Source: an uncultured Myxococcales bacterium
GTDB taxonomy: Bacteria > Myxococcota_A > UBA9042 > PWKZ01 > CAYRCM01
Length of the DNA stretch: 64,000 bases
Assembly (NCBI GenBank): GCA_964422715.1
Contig: CAYRCM010000001.1
Span: 65,331-129,330 of the forward strand
Direction: 5' to 3'
Shown in pieces: positions 1 through 8,409 of this stretch. The number at the start of each line of letters is the position of its first letter. Position 1 is the first letter of the stretch. Below the pieces are notes generated by a model that saw nothing but the letters and a program-made list of their open reading frames with translations, had not been told where the DNA came from and ran no database searches. The position numbers and the translations under genes were made by a program.

Positions 1-705
1 GTCCGATGGCAAGGGGGCATTTTCCGGCGGCTCCAAGACCCCTGCCGTTTTTCGCGCAGATCCGGCTCCCTGTGCCGGGTCGGCCGCGCCAGATTGGCGC
101 TGCCAGGCCTCACCCCCGATGGGTTTGGCTCCTGGCACGTGGGCTGGCCTCGAATCGCTCGGGCCGGGTCGCGGGTGCGAGCGCGGGGGTTCGCCACCCG
201 GTGACTCGGCCAAGGGAGGCGGAGTCGTCCGCTCATCGAGCGCAGCGCGGACGGGCGGAGCGTCGCCCCAGAGTTCGCCTTGACGGGGCAGGGCGGCGGC
301 GCCCCCCGATGCGCCATCAGCGCGTGAGGCGGGCGTCACGCCCCGGCTTCGGGGCGACCCGGCCGGCCTGGGCTCGTCAGCAGACGCCAACGGGTCGTCG
401 TCGGCTGCGGGGTCGCTCAGCACGTCTCGCGTCGTGGGGCGAGCACCGGTCGCATTCGCGCGCAGCTCATCGCGGAGGCGTTTGCGCGCTCCCGCGATGG
501 TGTAGCCTTCGTCATAGAGCAGGCGCTTGATGGCGGCGATGAGTTCGACATCGCGCCTGCGGTAGACGCGATGGTTGGAACGCGACTTTTCGGGGCGGAA
601 AAGCCGAAACTCGCGTTCCCAGTAGCGCAGAACATGCGGCTTGACATCGACGAGGTCGGCTACCTCGCCGATTTTGAAGTACATCTTCTCGGGAAGGTCG
701 AGCAT
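1..705 (-). CDS. MerR-family transcriptional regulator, 3' end beyond window. N-terminal HTH MLDLPEKMYFKIGEVADLVDVKPHVLRYWEREF, then a long Pro/Ala/Gly-rich tail.
   Basis: Manual translation of the reverse strand from ATG at 705-703 gives a canonical MerR HTH (YFKIGEVA...LRYWE). The frame stays open to position 1. The gene is not in the ORF track because it runs off the window. Position is downstream of ihfA, as in many bacteria. Confidence 0.6.
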   Translation of the reverse strand, partial: MLDLPEKMYFKIGEVADLVDVKPHVLRYWEREFRLFRPEKSRSNHRVYRRRDVELIAAIKRLLYDEGYTIAGARKRLRDELRANATGARPTTRDVLSDPAADDDPLASADEPRPAGSPRSRGVTPASRADGASGGAAALPRQGELWGDAPPVRAALDERTTPPPLAESPGGEPPRSHPRPGPSDSRPAHVPGAKPIGGEAWQRQSGAADPAQGAGSARKTAGVLEPPENAPLPSD

Positions 706-817
706 CGGACACCTGATGTCGGCTCCAGGCCAGCCTCATCCGACCGCTCGCACCACACGAAACGCTCGTCACCCGGTCTGTCCCGCCACCCGAAGGCGGC
801 GGGCACGCGTCGCCGCC

Positions 818-1096
818 TCAGCCGTTGAGCGCGTTCTTGAGCACCTGGCTGGGCTTGAAGGTGAGCACGCGGCGCGCGGTGATCTTGATTTCGTCGCCAG
901 TCTGCGGATTTCGGCCGATGCGCTCGCGCTTGTTGCGCACGACGAAATTGCCGAAACCGGAGATCTTGATTTTCTCACCCCGACCCAGCGTGTCTTTGAT
1001 GGTCTCGAAGACCATCTCGACGATCTCAGCGGACTCCTTCTTGGAGAACCCGCCCAGATGTTCGTACACGTTCTCGATGATGTCCGCTTTCGTCAT
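818..1096 (-). CDS. ihfA: Integration host factor subunit alpha
   Basis: ORF 818-1105 translates to ...MTKADIIENVYEHLGGFSKKESAEIVEMVFETIKDTLGRGEKIKISGFGNFVVRNKRERIGRNPQTGDEIKITARRVLTFKPSQ. This is a classic IHF/HU fold with the GFGNF beta-arm. ATG at 1096 is preceded by GGAGG with a 7 nt spacer; the track's GTG at 1105 is less likely. Confidence 0.85.
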   Translation of the reverse strand: MTKADIIENVYEHLGGFSKKESAEIVEMVFETIKDTLGRGEKIKISGFGNFVVRNKRERIGRNPQTGDEIKITARRVLTFKPSQVLKNALNG

Positions 1097-1128
1097 GGGC
1101 GCCACCTCCCCTCGTCGGCCGACGTGCG

Positions 1129-1488
1129 CTACCGGACCGCCTGCTGGTTGGCCGTTGCGATGATCCGGGCAAATCCCTGCGGATCGTCGATGGCCAGTTG
1201 GGCCAGGACCTTGCGGTCCATGTCGATGTTGGCCGTTTTCAGCAGATGGATGAGTTCGCTGTACTTCATGCCATTCTGGCGGGCCGCCGCGTTGATGCGG
1301 GCGATCCAGAGGCTGCGGAAATCGCGCTTGCGCAGGCGCCGGTCGCGGTAGGCATTGGTGAGCGAATGATGATAGGCCTCAACGGCTGTACGCCACAGCC
1401 GGCTGCGCCCGCCACGCTGGCCACGAACCGCCAGCAGAATGCCCTTGTGCCGCCGCTTTGTCTTCCAACCACCCTTGACCCTACTCAT
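1129..1488 (-). CDS. rplT: 50S ribosomal protein L20
   Basis: Translation MSRVKGGWKTKRRHKGILLAVRGQRGGRS...RRLRKRDFRSLWIARINAAARQNGMKYSELIHLLK matches L20 in length and motifs. It lies downstream of rpmI in the conserved infC-rpmI-rplT order. Confidence 0.9.
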   Translation of the reverse strand: MSRVKGGWKTKRRHKGILLAVRGQRGGRSRLWRTAVEAYHHSLTNAYRDRRLRKRDFRSLWIARINAAARQNGMKYSELIHLLKTANIDMDRKVLAQLAIDDPQGFARIIATANQQAVR

Positions 1489-1515
1489 GATTCACTACCT
1501 CTGCGGCGTCGCCGC

Positions 1516-1713
1516 CTAGCCGTACGGCAGCAGCCGTTTCACCTGAGCGACGTTCGTGGCGTCTGCGATGATCGACTTGCGCAGATTGCGCTTACGCTTT
1601 CGCTCTTTCTTGGTCAGAATGTGACTGTGGAACGCCTTGTTACGACGCACCTTGCCGGTCGCCGTGAACCGGAACCGCTTTGCCGCCGCCTTGTTGGTCT
1701 TGATCTTCGGCAT
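1516..1713 (-). CDS. rpmI: 50S ribosomal protein L35
   Basis: 65 aa basic protein [36 protein letters not shown]..., typical L35, between infC and rplT. Confidence 0.9.
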   Translation of the reverse strand: MPKIKTNKAAAKRFRFTATGKVRRNKAFHSHILTKKERKRKRNLRKSIIADATNVAQVKRLLPYG

Positions 1714-1777
1714 GGACCGTCTTCTCCCGTGACGCGTCGCCCATGGTCTGGCCGGAGCCGGGCAGGGTGGGACGCCC

Positions 1778-2296
1778 CTACTTTTTGGCGGGCGCCAGAA
1801 TCATGATGACGTTGCGCCCTTCTTCTTTGGGCTCGCGCTCGATGACGCCCGTGTCCTTGATTTCCTCGGCCAGGCGCGTGAGCGTCTTGAGGCCCAGTTC
1901 CGCGTAAGCGATTTCGCGACCGCGGAACATCATGGTGACTTTGACCTTGTTGCCTTCTTCGAGGAAGCGCGCGACGTTGCGTTTCTTGACCTGGTAGTCG
2001 TGTTCCTCGGTCTTGGGGCGAATCTTGACCTCTTTGAGGAGGATTTGGGTCTGGTTCTTGCGCGCTTCGGCCGTGCGCTTCTTCTGCTGATACTTGAACT
2101 TGCCGTAGTCCATGATCCGGCAGACAGGCGGGCGCGATTCGGGGGCCACTTCGACGAGATCGAGGCCCTCTTGCTCGGCGATGGCCAGAGCTTCACCCGG
2201 AGTCATAATGCCGAGCTGCTTGCCCTCGCCATCGATGACCCGGACTTCTCGAGCTCGAATCGCGCGATTGACGCGCACAGACCGTTCGGGGTTGAT
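1778..2296 (-). CDS. infC: Translation initiation factor IF-3, probably starting at a non-AUG (AUC) codon
   Basis: ORF 1778-2278 (...[63 protein letters not shown]...) is IF-3. The track start, GTG at 2278, has no SD. In frame 18 nt upstream, ATC at 2296 lies 6 nt after GGAGG (2304-2308 on the reverse strand), giving [18 protein letters not shown]... The 3' end is firm; the start is 2296 or 2278. Confidence 0.85.
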   Translation of the reverse strand: MNPERSVRVNRAIRAREVRVIDGEGKQLGIMTPGEALAIAEQEGLDLVEVAPESRPPVCRIMDYGKFKYQQKKRTAEARKNQTQILLKEVKIRPKTEEHDYQVKKRNVARFLEEGNKVKVTMMFRGREIAYAELGLKTLTRLAEEIKDTGVIEREPKEEGRNVIMILAPAKK

Positions 2297-2432
2297 GGTT
2301 CACCTCCCTGAATGCGGAGCGGGAGCACCGGCCAACGGCCGCGCGGGTCCTCCGACCCTGCCCGGCATGAACGTCCCGCGTGGGATGCCGCTCTGCGGCT
2401 CCGTCCTGCAGGAGACCGGGCGTCGAAACAGG

Positions 2433-2504
2433 TAGGCACGGGCGGTTTCGAACCGCCGACTTCTACCGCGTCAAGGTAGCGCTCTCCCCCTGAGCTACGT
2501 GCCT
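2433..2504 (-). tRNA. tRNA-Val (anticodon GAC)
   Basis: The reverse strand reads AGGCACG-TA-GCTCAGGGGGAGAGC-G-CTACC-TTGACGC-GGTAG-AAGTC-GGCGG-TTCGAAA-CCGCC-CGTGCCT-A. It folds into a full cloverleaf: 7 bp acceptor, D arm GCTC/GAGC, anticodon stem CTACC/GGTAG with loop TTGACGC (GAC anticodon), and a TTCGAAA T-loop. CCA is not encoded. Confidence 0.85.
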
Positions 2505-2546
2505 ATCGGGGTCAATGCCGTGTTTCCACGGCCAAAAAACGGGTGC

Positions 2547-2576
2547 ATGTTATGTGCGGGAATCAGGATGTGTCAA
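2547..2576 (-). promoter_or_regulatory. Candidate sigma70-type promoter for tRNA-Val (-35 TTGACA, 18 nt spacer, -10 TAACAT on the minus strand)
   Basis: The reverse strand reads ggggcTTGACAcatcctgattcccgcacaTAACATgcaccc, about 40 nt upstream of the tRNA 5' end. This is hexamer matching only. Confidence 0.25.
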
Positions 2577-2873
2577 GCCCCAAAATCGCGATTCGTACCG
2601 GCGAACCGTTTGTGGCCTTCATTTGGTGTCGAGAAGTTAATGATTAGGGCATTGTTATTAAATTAAAAAGCGGGTCCACGGCAAGTGGCCGGCGGCCGTC
2701 CGTTGACGGGGAACAACTCCCGTGCTACCGATCCGCCATCGGGCGTGCACGTCGCGCGCGGAGCGTCGGGGACGGGGTTGCCCGAACCGGGCACTCGTTG
2801 GACGGCCGCTGCTTTGCGCCCTTCTGCCGCCCGGCGCGCACGCGCGGGGCGTGTCACTCGATGAGGAGTCGGA

Positions 2874-4205
2874 ATGAAGCCGATCGTTGCCGCCGCGATG
2901 TGCGCGTGGGTCCTCGGCGCCGGTTGTCTCGGCGAGGAAAACTACGCGATCGACGATACCGGCGCGAGGAACGCGGCGGAGGCAAAGGATTCCACCGGCG
3001 ATGCCGGACCTCAGCCTCCGGCCCCAAATGAGGGCCTGACGTGCGGGGCCGACGTGTTCGGTTGCGACCCGACCGTTGGCTGCCTCGTTGGTGAATCCTG
3101 TGTCGGCGGTGCCTGCCTCGCGCCGCCGACCGTCGCGGCACAGGCCTTTGACCCGCTTGCGCCCCCCACCAGCGCGGGCGGCGAACCCGAACTCGAATGC
3201 GCCACTGTGCCGGCCCCGGCGGCCGACGCCCCTCCCGCGGCAACGCCAGTGACGCTGTTCGGCGCGGTCGACCGCCTGGGGCCGGGGCGCTCCACCGCCG
3301 GTTTGCTCGTGGAGGCATGGCGTGCCGAGGACTTCCCCCGCGTGGTGTGCCGTTGCGACCCCTATCGGGCCGACTACTCGGCGTTTCGCGACTGTGTCGA
3401 CGACCAAATCGCGGGGCTCGGTGAGAAATGGACCACCCTCGCGGCCCCGGCCGCTTCGGCCTCGCCCGCCCTGTCGTTCGTGGCCGAGAACCCGGCCGAC
3501 TGCGTGCTGCCCGTGGCGGGGTCCCAGACGGGCGGCTTGGACGCCGCGCCCAACCTCGATTTTACGGGCGCCGACGACCGCAAGTGCCGGCTCGGGCACG
3601 TCTGCGAGGTCGACGGCGCCGGTGTCGGCCACTGCGTCGAGCAGTTCGGCGTGTACAGCCTGGAGAATGTGCCGGTCAACGTCGAACTCGTCGTGCGCGT
3701 CAGCCCCGCCGCAGCGGATTCGGGGCTCTGGAAGGACGTATACGAATTGGGCCTCGTCGCGCAAGACCTCCCGGAAAAGCGGTACCGCCACAGCGTCGTC
3801 GCCATGAGCGCGGGGCAGTGGACGACGCTTCTCAACCCCTGGGGCGGCGTCATGCTGGAGGGCGTTGGGGTCGTGGCCGGCCGAGTCGTCGACTGCCGCT
3901 CGGCGGGAGAGCGCGGCGAGGGTTGGCTCATCCAGCACGCGACGATTGGTCTCGTCCGCCCGCCCGAGCGCGTGGTGTACCTCGGCGACGACTCGACGCG
4001 CTGGGCACCCGAGACCAGTTGGCCGGCCACAGGTGTCGGCGGACGGTTCATGGCGGTGGGCGTTCCGCCCGGCCCCAACCGGTTGATCGGTACTGTCCTG
4101 CGGGGCCAGGAGAGCATCGCTCTCGACGCCCTCGATCTGTACGTCGTTCCCGATGCACTCGTGGTTGCGAGTTGGCCCGGCCGGGCGCCGTTGAGCGCTC
4201 GCTAG
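2874..4205 (+). CDS. Hypothetical secreted lipoprotein (443 aa); signal peptide with lipobox VLGAGC, then a Cys-containing N-terminal region
   Basis: ATG at 2874 with GAGGAG 6 nt upstream. Translation MKPIVAAAMCAWVLGAGCLGEENYAIDD... has balanced composition, unlike the Arg-rich antisense ORFs that overlap it. I recognise no known domain. Confidence 0.6.
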   Translation: MKPIVAAAMCAWVLGAGCLGEENYAIDDTGARNAAEAKDSTGDAGPQPPAPNEGLTCGADVFGCDPTVGCLVGESCVGGACLAPPTVAAQAFDPLAPPTSAGGEPELECATVPAPAADAPPAATPVTLFGAVDRLGPGRSTAGLLVEAWRAEDFPRVVCRCDPYRADYSAFRDCVDDQIAGLGEKWTTLAAPAASASPALSFVAENPADCVLPVAGSQTGGLDAAPNLDFTGADDRKCRLGHVCEVDGAGVGHCVEQFGVYSLENVPVNVELVVRVSPAAADSGLWKDVYELGLVAQDLPEKRYRHSVVAMSAGQWTTLLNPWGGVMLEGVGVVAGRVVDCRSAGERGEGWLIQHATIGLVRPPERVVYLGDDSTRWAPETSWPATGVGGRFMAVGVPPGPNRLIGTVLRGQESIALDALDLYVVPDALVVASWPGRAPLSAR

Positions 4206-4304
4206 CCGCCCTGGCGCCGCCGCGTGCGGCGGGAGCGCACTGGGCTACGTCCCCTTTGGCGCCGCAAGGCCCGCCACGTGCGGGCGACGGAGGAATGCTT
4301 GCAG

Positions 4305-4871
4305 ATGCGATACCCATCTTGGCTCGGCGTGGTTTGCGCCGTCTCCCTCCTGGGGCTTGGCGCCTGTCAGAAGGGCAACACGAAGAAGCCCGAAGGCGGC
4401 AAGGCGGCGTCTACGGAGGCGAGCGTCCGGCTGCCCCCGCCCCCCAATCTGCAGGCGGCGCAGGGAGTTACGCGGTACCCCGACGGATCGTACTCCGTCG
4501 AGGGGTTGCTCCAGCAGGGCGAGGCCGTCCTGCGGGAGACCATCACGGTCAAGGGGTTCGTCGTCGAACGGCGCATCTGCAACCCCGACGAACCCACCTG
4601 TCGCCAGCCGCCTCACGCCCTCGTTGCCGACAAGACCGGCGACACCAAGCGCACGCTGCTGGTCGTGGCCGACAGCGAGCGGCGCATCCAGGCACTGGAG
4701 CCCGGCCAGCCGGTGGTCCTGGAAGGCATGTTCGAGCAGGTGTCGCCCGACGGGCGTTTCATTCGTGCTTCCGGGCTGCTCGTGCTGAAACCCGAACCGC
4801 GGGTCGAACCGCCACCGCCGCCGGGGCCCGACGCCGCCGCCGGGCCAGCCACGGCGCCGGCCGCGCCCTGA
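4305..4871 (+). CDS. Hypothetical lipoprotein (188 aa), Pro-rich C-terminus
   Basis: Internal start MRYPSWLGVVCAVSLLGLGACQKG (lipobox LGAC) at 4305, with GGAGGA upstream. The track ORF 4224-4871 begins earlier with an Arg-rich leader that is unlikely to be translated. Confidence 0.55.
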   Translation: MRYPSWLGVVCAVSLLGLGACQKGNTKKPEGGKAASTEASVRLPPPPNLQAAQGVTRYPDGSYSVEGLLQQGEAVLRETITVKGFVVERRICNPDEPTCRQPPHALVADKTGDTKRTLLVVADSERRIQALEPGQPVVLEGMFEQVSPDGRFIRASGLLVLKPEPRVEPPPPPGPDAAAGPATAPAAP

Positions 4872-4988
4872 CCGGCGGAGGTTCGTCGCGCCGTACTGCC
4901 GTTGTGACCTGCCCGAATCCGCCACGATTCGCCATCGCACCGTGCGCCAGCCGAAGCGCAAGCGCGTAGAAACCGCGCGGGCGGGGAC

Positions 4989-5873
4989 TCAGCGCCTGTG
5001 GGAGGGGGAGGCCTTGTCGCTGGGGCTTCGGCCCAGGGCCGTGCCGACGCGAATGGCCTGGCCGGTCGCGAGACTCGGCTCGACGTTGAGCCGGGGACGT
5101 TCGACGAGCAGCACAACCGTGGACCCGAGGTGGAACGAGCCGAGGTCGCCCCCCTTCTCGACCGGCTTCGGGCGCGCGTAGAACAGCGCGTGGCCGTCGG
5201 GACTGGCGCTGCGGTTCGTCTCGACGTGCGCGTACGAAACGGTGATGCGGCCCACGGTGCTGGCCCCCACCTTCACGACGGCGACGCGTCCGAGCGGCGT
5301 GCGCAGGAACGTGGTGAGCCGTTCGTTGCGCGCGAAGAGGCCGGGAACGTTGTTGAGGCCGAGCCGGTTCACCGGAAACAGCGCGCCCGGAACATAGCGA
5401 TATCCCAGCACTTCGCCCGCGATGGGGTAGTGGATTCGGTGGTAGTCGCGCGGGCTCAGGTAGAGCGTGAAGAAGGTTCCGCCGTCGAAACTGCTCGCCC
5501 ACTCCGGGTCGCCGAGCAGTTCGTCGACCGTGTAGGGCCAGCCCTTGATCTGGAGCACTTGGCGGTCGACGATGGGGCCGAACTCGAGCAACTTGCCGTC
5601 GACCGGCGAGACGAGCACGCCGTCGCCTGCCGCGATGGGTCGCGCGCTCGGGCGCAGGCGGCGCGTGAAGAAGTCGTCGAACGAGGAGAAGTCGTCGAGG
5701 GGCCGTTCGACATCGGCCAGATCGATGCCGAACCCGCGTACATAGGCGCGCAGACCGAGGCGCAGCAGGGGCGCCGGCAGCCGCAACCGCGCCCCGCGAC
5801 CCACGGCGCGGCTCAACGCGGGGCGGGCAACGGGGTGCAGAAGCACCCGCATGATGCTTCGCGACCAGTTCAT
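4989..5873 (-). CDS. psd: Phosphatidylserine decarboxylase proenzyme
   Basis: Translation MNWSRSIMRVLLHP...GIDLADVERPLDDFSSFDDFFTRRL...YHRIHYPIAGEV...LGSTVVLL matches the Psd family along its length. Its ATG overlaps the stop of the upstream kinase gene (ATGA). Confidence 0.9.
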   Translation of the reverse strand: MNWSRSIMRVLLHPVARPALSRAVGRGARLRLPAPLLRLGLRAYVRGFGIDLADVERPLDDFSSFDDFFTRRLRPSARPIAAGDGVLVSPVDGKLLEFGPIVDRQVLQIKGWPYTVDELLGDPEWASSFDGGTFFTLYLSPRDYHRIHYPIAGEVLGYRYVPGALFPVNRLGLNNVPGLFARNERLTTFLRTPLGRVAVVKVGASTVGRITVSYAHVETNRSASPDGHALFYARPKPVEKGGDLGSFHLGSTVVLLVERPRLNVEPSLATGQAIRVGTALGRSPSDKASPSHRR

Positions 5874-6811
5874 GGCGTCACCTCCCGGCCGTCGATGCGT
5901 TCGCGCCAGGGCCCCAGATTCAGCGGGCCGGCGAGTGCATCGAACCGTTGCCGAATGTCGACCGGACTTGCGGCGGCCAGTCGCTCGACGCCGAAACCCT
6001 CGACACAGAACGAGGCCAGCACGGTCCCGGCGAGCGCAGCGCGGAAGAGCACGTCGGGGGTGGGCTGCGGCTGTTGAACGAGGAACCCCATGAGCCCGCC
6101 TGCAAACGTGTCGCCCGCGCCTGTGGTGTCGACGACGTCGGTCACCGGCCAGGCCGGCAGCAGGCGTTGTTCGGGGCCGACGCGTACAAGCGCGCCCTGT
6201 GCGCCGAGCTTGACGACGACCGCCCGTGGTCCGCGCGTCTGGACGACTTGGCACGCTACGCCCGGGTCTCGTTCGCCGGACAGCAAGTAGGCTTCCCAGT
6301 CGTTCAGGAGGAGCAGGTCGACCCTCGGCAGCAATGCGTCGAGGGCCTCGCGGTGGCGCTCGATCCAGTAGTTCATGGTGTCGCATGCCACAAAAGCCGG
6401 TCGCGAAACCGCGTCGAGCACGCGCGTCTGTAGCGTGGGGTCGATGTTGGCCAGAAACAGATGCGGGCCCTGGCGGTAGGCGGGAGGGACCTGCGGCTCG
6501 AACGCCTCGAACACGCCGAGGTCGGTGAACAGCGTCGTGCGCTCTTCGCAGCCGGCCGAATAGCGTCCGCCCCAGCGAAACGTGCGGCCCGGCATGCGGC
6601 GCAGCCCGGTCGTGTCGATGCGCCGGGAACGCAGGAAATCCTCGTCGGACGCTCGGAAATCGTCGCCCACGACGGCGACGAGCGCCGTGTCGGCCAGACG
6701 GGCGGCAGCCGTGCAACTGTACACGGCCGAGCCGCCAAGTTGCTCGGCGCGGCGTTGCGTGGGGGTTTCGATCGTGTCGTAGGCGACCGATCCGACCGCT
6801 AGAAGTGGCAT
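5870..6811 (-). CDS. PfkB-family carbohydrate/nucleoside kinase (ribokinase-like)
   Basis: 313 aa with the C-terminal PfkB signature VVDTTGAGDTFAGGLMGFL and an N-terminal GS..Y sugar-binding region. It lies between mtnP and psd on the same strand. Confidence 0.85.
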   Translation of the reverse strand: MPLLAVGSVAYDTIETPTQRRAEQLGGSAVYSCTAAARLADTALVAVVGDDFRASDEDFLRSRRIDTTGLRRMPGRTFRWGGRYSAGCEERTTLFTDLGVFEAFEPQVPPAYRQGPHLFLANIDPTLQTRVLDAVSRPAFVACDTMNYWIERHREALDALLPRVDLLLLNDWEAYLLSGERDPGVACQVVQTRGPRAVVVKLGAQGALVRVGPEQRLLPAWPVTDVVDTTGAGDTFAGGLMGFLVQQPQPTPDVLFRAALAGTVLASFCVEGFGVERLAAASPVDIRQRFDALAGPLNLGPWRERIDGREVTP

Positions 6812-6836
6812 CGGCTATCTCTCCTCGGGCGAGCGG

Positions 6837-7715
6837 CTATCCGTCGATCTCGCGCAGCAGGAGTGCCAAACGTTCGCGTTGCTCGGGGGCGATGCGTTCG
6901 CGGGCCGTGATGACGGCGCCGCGCAGCGCGTGGCGACAGGTGCACGCGCGCGGCTCCGAGATGTGCGGGGCCGCATCGGCGACGATCCGTTTCGCGAGGG
7001 CTACGTTGCGGTGAAGCACTTGCAGCACGAGGTCGACGCTGACGTCGGCCTCGGCCTCGTGCCAACAGTCGTAGTCGGTCACGAGGCACAGCGAGGCGTA
7101 GCAGAGTTGGGCCTCGCGGGCCAGCTTGGCCTCGGGCAAGTTGGTCATGCCAATGACGTCGGCGTGCCAGGAGCGGTAGAGCTCGGACTCGGCCCGTGTG
7201 GAGAACTGGGGACCTTCCATGCACACGTAGGTGGCCGCCGGGTGCACCCGAGTCGCATGCTGGCGGCGTGCCGCCTCGATGAGGGTCTTGCGCAGGTCGG
7301 AGCAGTAGGGGTCGCCGAACTGCACGTGGGCCACGCAACCGGCCCCGAAGAAGGTTGCCGGACGTATTCCGCGCGTGCGGTCGACGATCTGGGTGGGGAC
7401 GACGACGTCGCCCGGCGCCACTTCTTCCCGCAGACTGCCGACCGCGCTGACCCCGATGACCCATTCGGCGCCGAGCGCCTTCAGCGCGTAGATATTGGCC
7501 CGGTAGGGCACGTCGGACGGCGAGAACCGGTGCCCGAGGCCGTGCCGCACGAGGAAGAGCACGCGTCGGTTGCCGAGCCGGCCCTCGATGAGATCGTCGG
7601 AAGGCGAGCCAAACGGCGTGTCAACGGAAACCGTGCGGACGTCGGTCAGACCTTCGAGCGTGTAGAGGCCGCTGCCGCCAATCACAGCAAGGGCCGGGTC
7701 GTGCGTCTGCATCAC
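6837..7715 (-). CDS. mtnP: S-methyl-5'-thioadenosine phosphorylase (PNP/MTAP family)
   Basis: MMQTHDPALAVIGGSGLYTLEGL...RHGLGHRFSPSDVPYRANIYALKALG...MEGPQFSTRAESELYRSWHADVIGMTNLPEAKLAREA is a typical MTAP sequence. Confidence 0.9.
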   Translation of the reverse strand: MMQTHDPALAVIGGSGLYTLEGLTDVRTVSVDTPFGSPSDDLIEGRLGNRRVLFLVRHGLGHRFSPSDVPYRANIYALKALGAEWVIGVSAVGSLREEVAPGDVVVPTQIVDRTRGIRPATFFGAGCVAHVQFGDPYCSDLRKTLIEAARRQHATRVHPAATYVCMEGPQFSTRAESELYRSWHADVIGMTNLPEAKLAREAQLCYASLCLVTDYDCWHEAEADVSVDLVLQVLHRNVALAKRIVADAAPHISEPRACTCRHALRGAVITARERIAPEQRERLALLLREIDG

Positions 7716-7890
7716 ATGTACCCCCCGTGAACAGCCGAGTTCGGATAGCAGATTACGCGGGGAGAATCAACCGCGAGCCGCCCCGCGGGCCCGTGGCCGA
7801 CGCGGCGGGGCACCGCGCCCGCAGATCCTGCCGGCGGCCCACGCGTTGCAGGGGTTTTGGGCCCAATGTCTGGCCCGGGGAGTCGCGTCC

Positions 7891-8409
7891 ATGAATGCTC
7901 AGCGCAGCCCGGCGTGTTCCGTGGCAAGCCCGTCGTCCGTCGCCAGGTTCGTGTGCGTGGTCGCCGTTACGGTGCTGGTCCCGTTGTCGGCCGGTGCCGT
8001 CGAGATCCGGCCGGGACCGTTCAGCGCCGACGCCGGCGTGGCCCTGCGGCTCGGGCCCGCGTACCCGCCGCGTCCGACGGTCATCGTGCGCCGGCGGCCC
8101 GCCGCCGCGCGGTCGCGGCCTGGCGCCACCATCCGACTCGAATCGCCGTTCGACGCCTACAACGTCGACGTCACGGTGGCGCGCGCCTGGCTTTCCCGTC
8201 TGCGGCCGCTCGTCGAGGGCGCCGAGAGCGACGTGAGCCGCTTCATCACGGCCCGTGTCGACGGCGTCGAAAGCCTGCTCGCCGAACGGTCGATGCGCCG
8301 CGCCGTGGAACGCGGCGTGCGGCGGATCATCGCGACGCGGCTTGGCAGTCGGGCGTCGCACCTGCTGCGCGTACGGCTTGCAGAGACGCGACCGGCGGGT
8401 CAACCCTGA
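7891..8409 (+). CDS. Hypothetical secreted protein (172 aa)
   Basis: MNAQRSP...FVCVVAVTVLVPLSAGAVE has a signal-peptide-like N-terminus, but there is no recognisable domain and the ORF overlaps the 3' end of the convergent cinA-like gene by ~80 nt. Weak call. Confidence 0.3.
   Translation: MNAQRSPACSVASPSSVARFVCVVAVTVLVPLSAGAVEIRPGPFSADAGVALRLGPAYPPRPTVIVRRRPAAARSRPGATIRLESPFDAYNVDVTVARAWLSRLRPLVEGAESDVSRFITARVDGVESLLAERSMRRAVERGVRRIIATRLGSRASHLLRVRLAETRPAGQP

Noticed and set aside
2658-3938. A 426 aa minus-strand ORF and several other Arg/Pro/Gly-rich ORFs (3428-4969 +, 7753-8859 -, 8400-9218 -, 12400-13602 +, 15198-17255 +, 15967-17301 -, 20881-22302 -, 22660-24021 -, 57388-58278 -)
   Set aside because: Composition dominated by Arg/Gly/Pro/Ala. 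Each overlaps a gene on the other strand or frame that has recognisable domains, signal peptides or RBS. These are alternative-frame artefacts of high GC.
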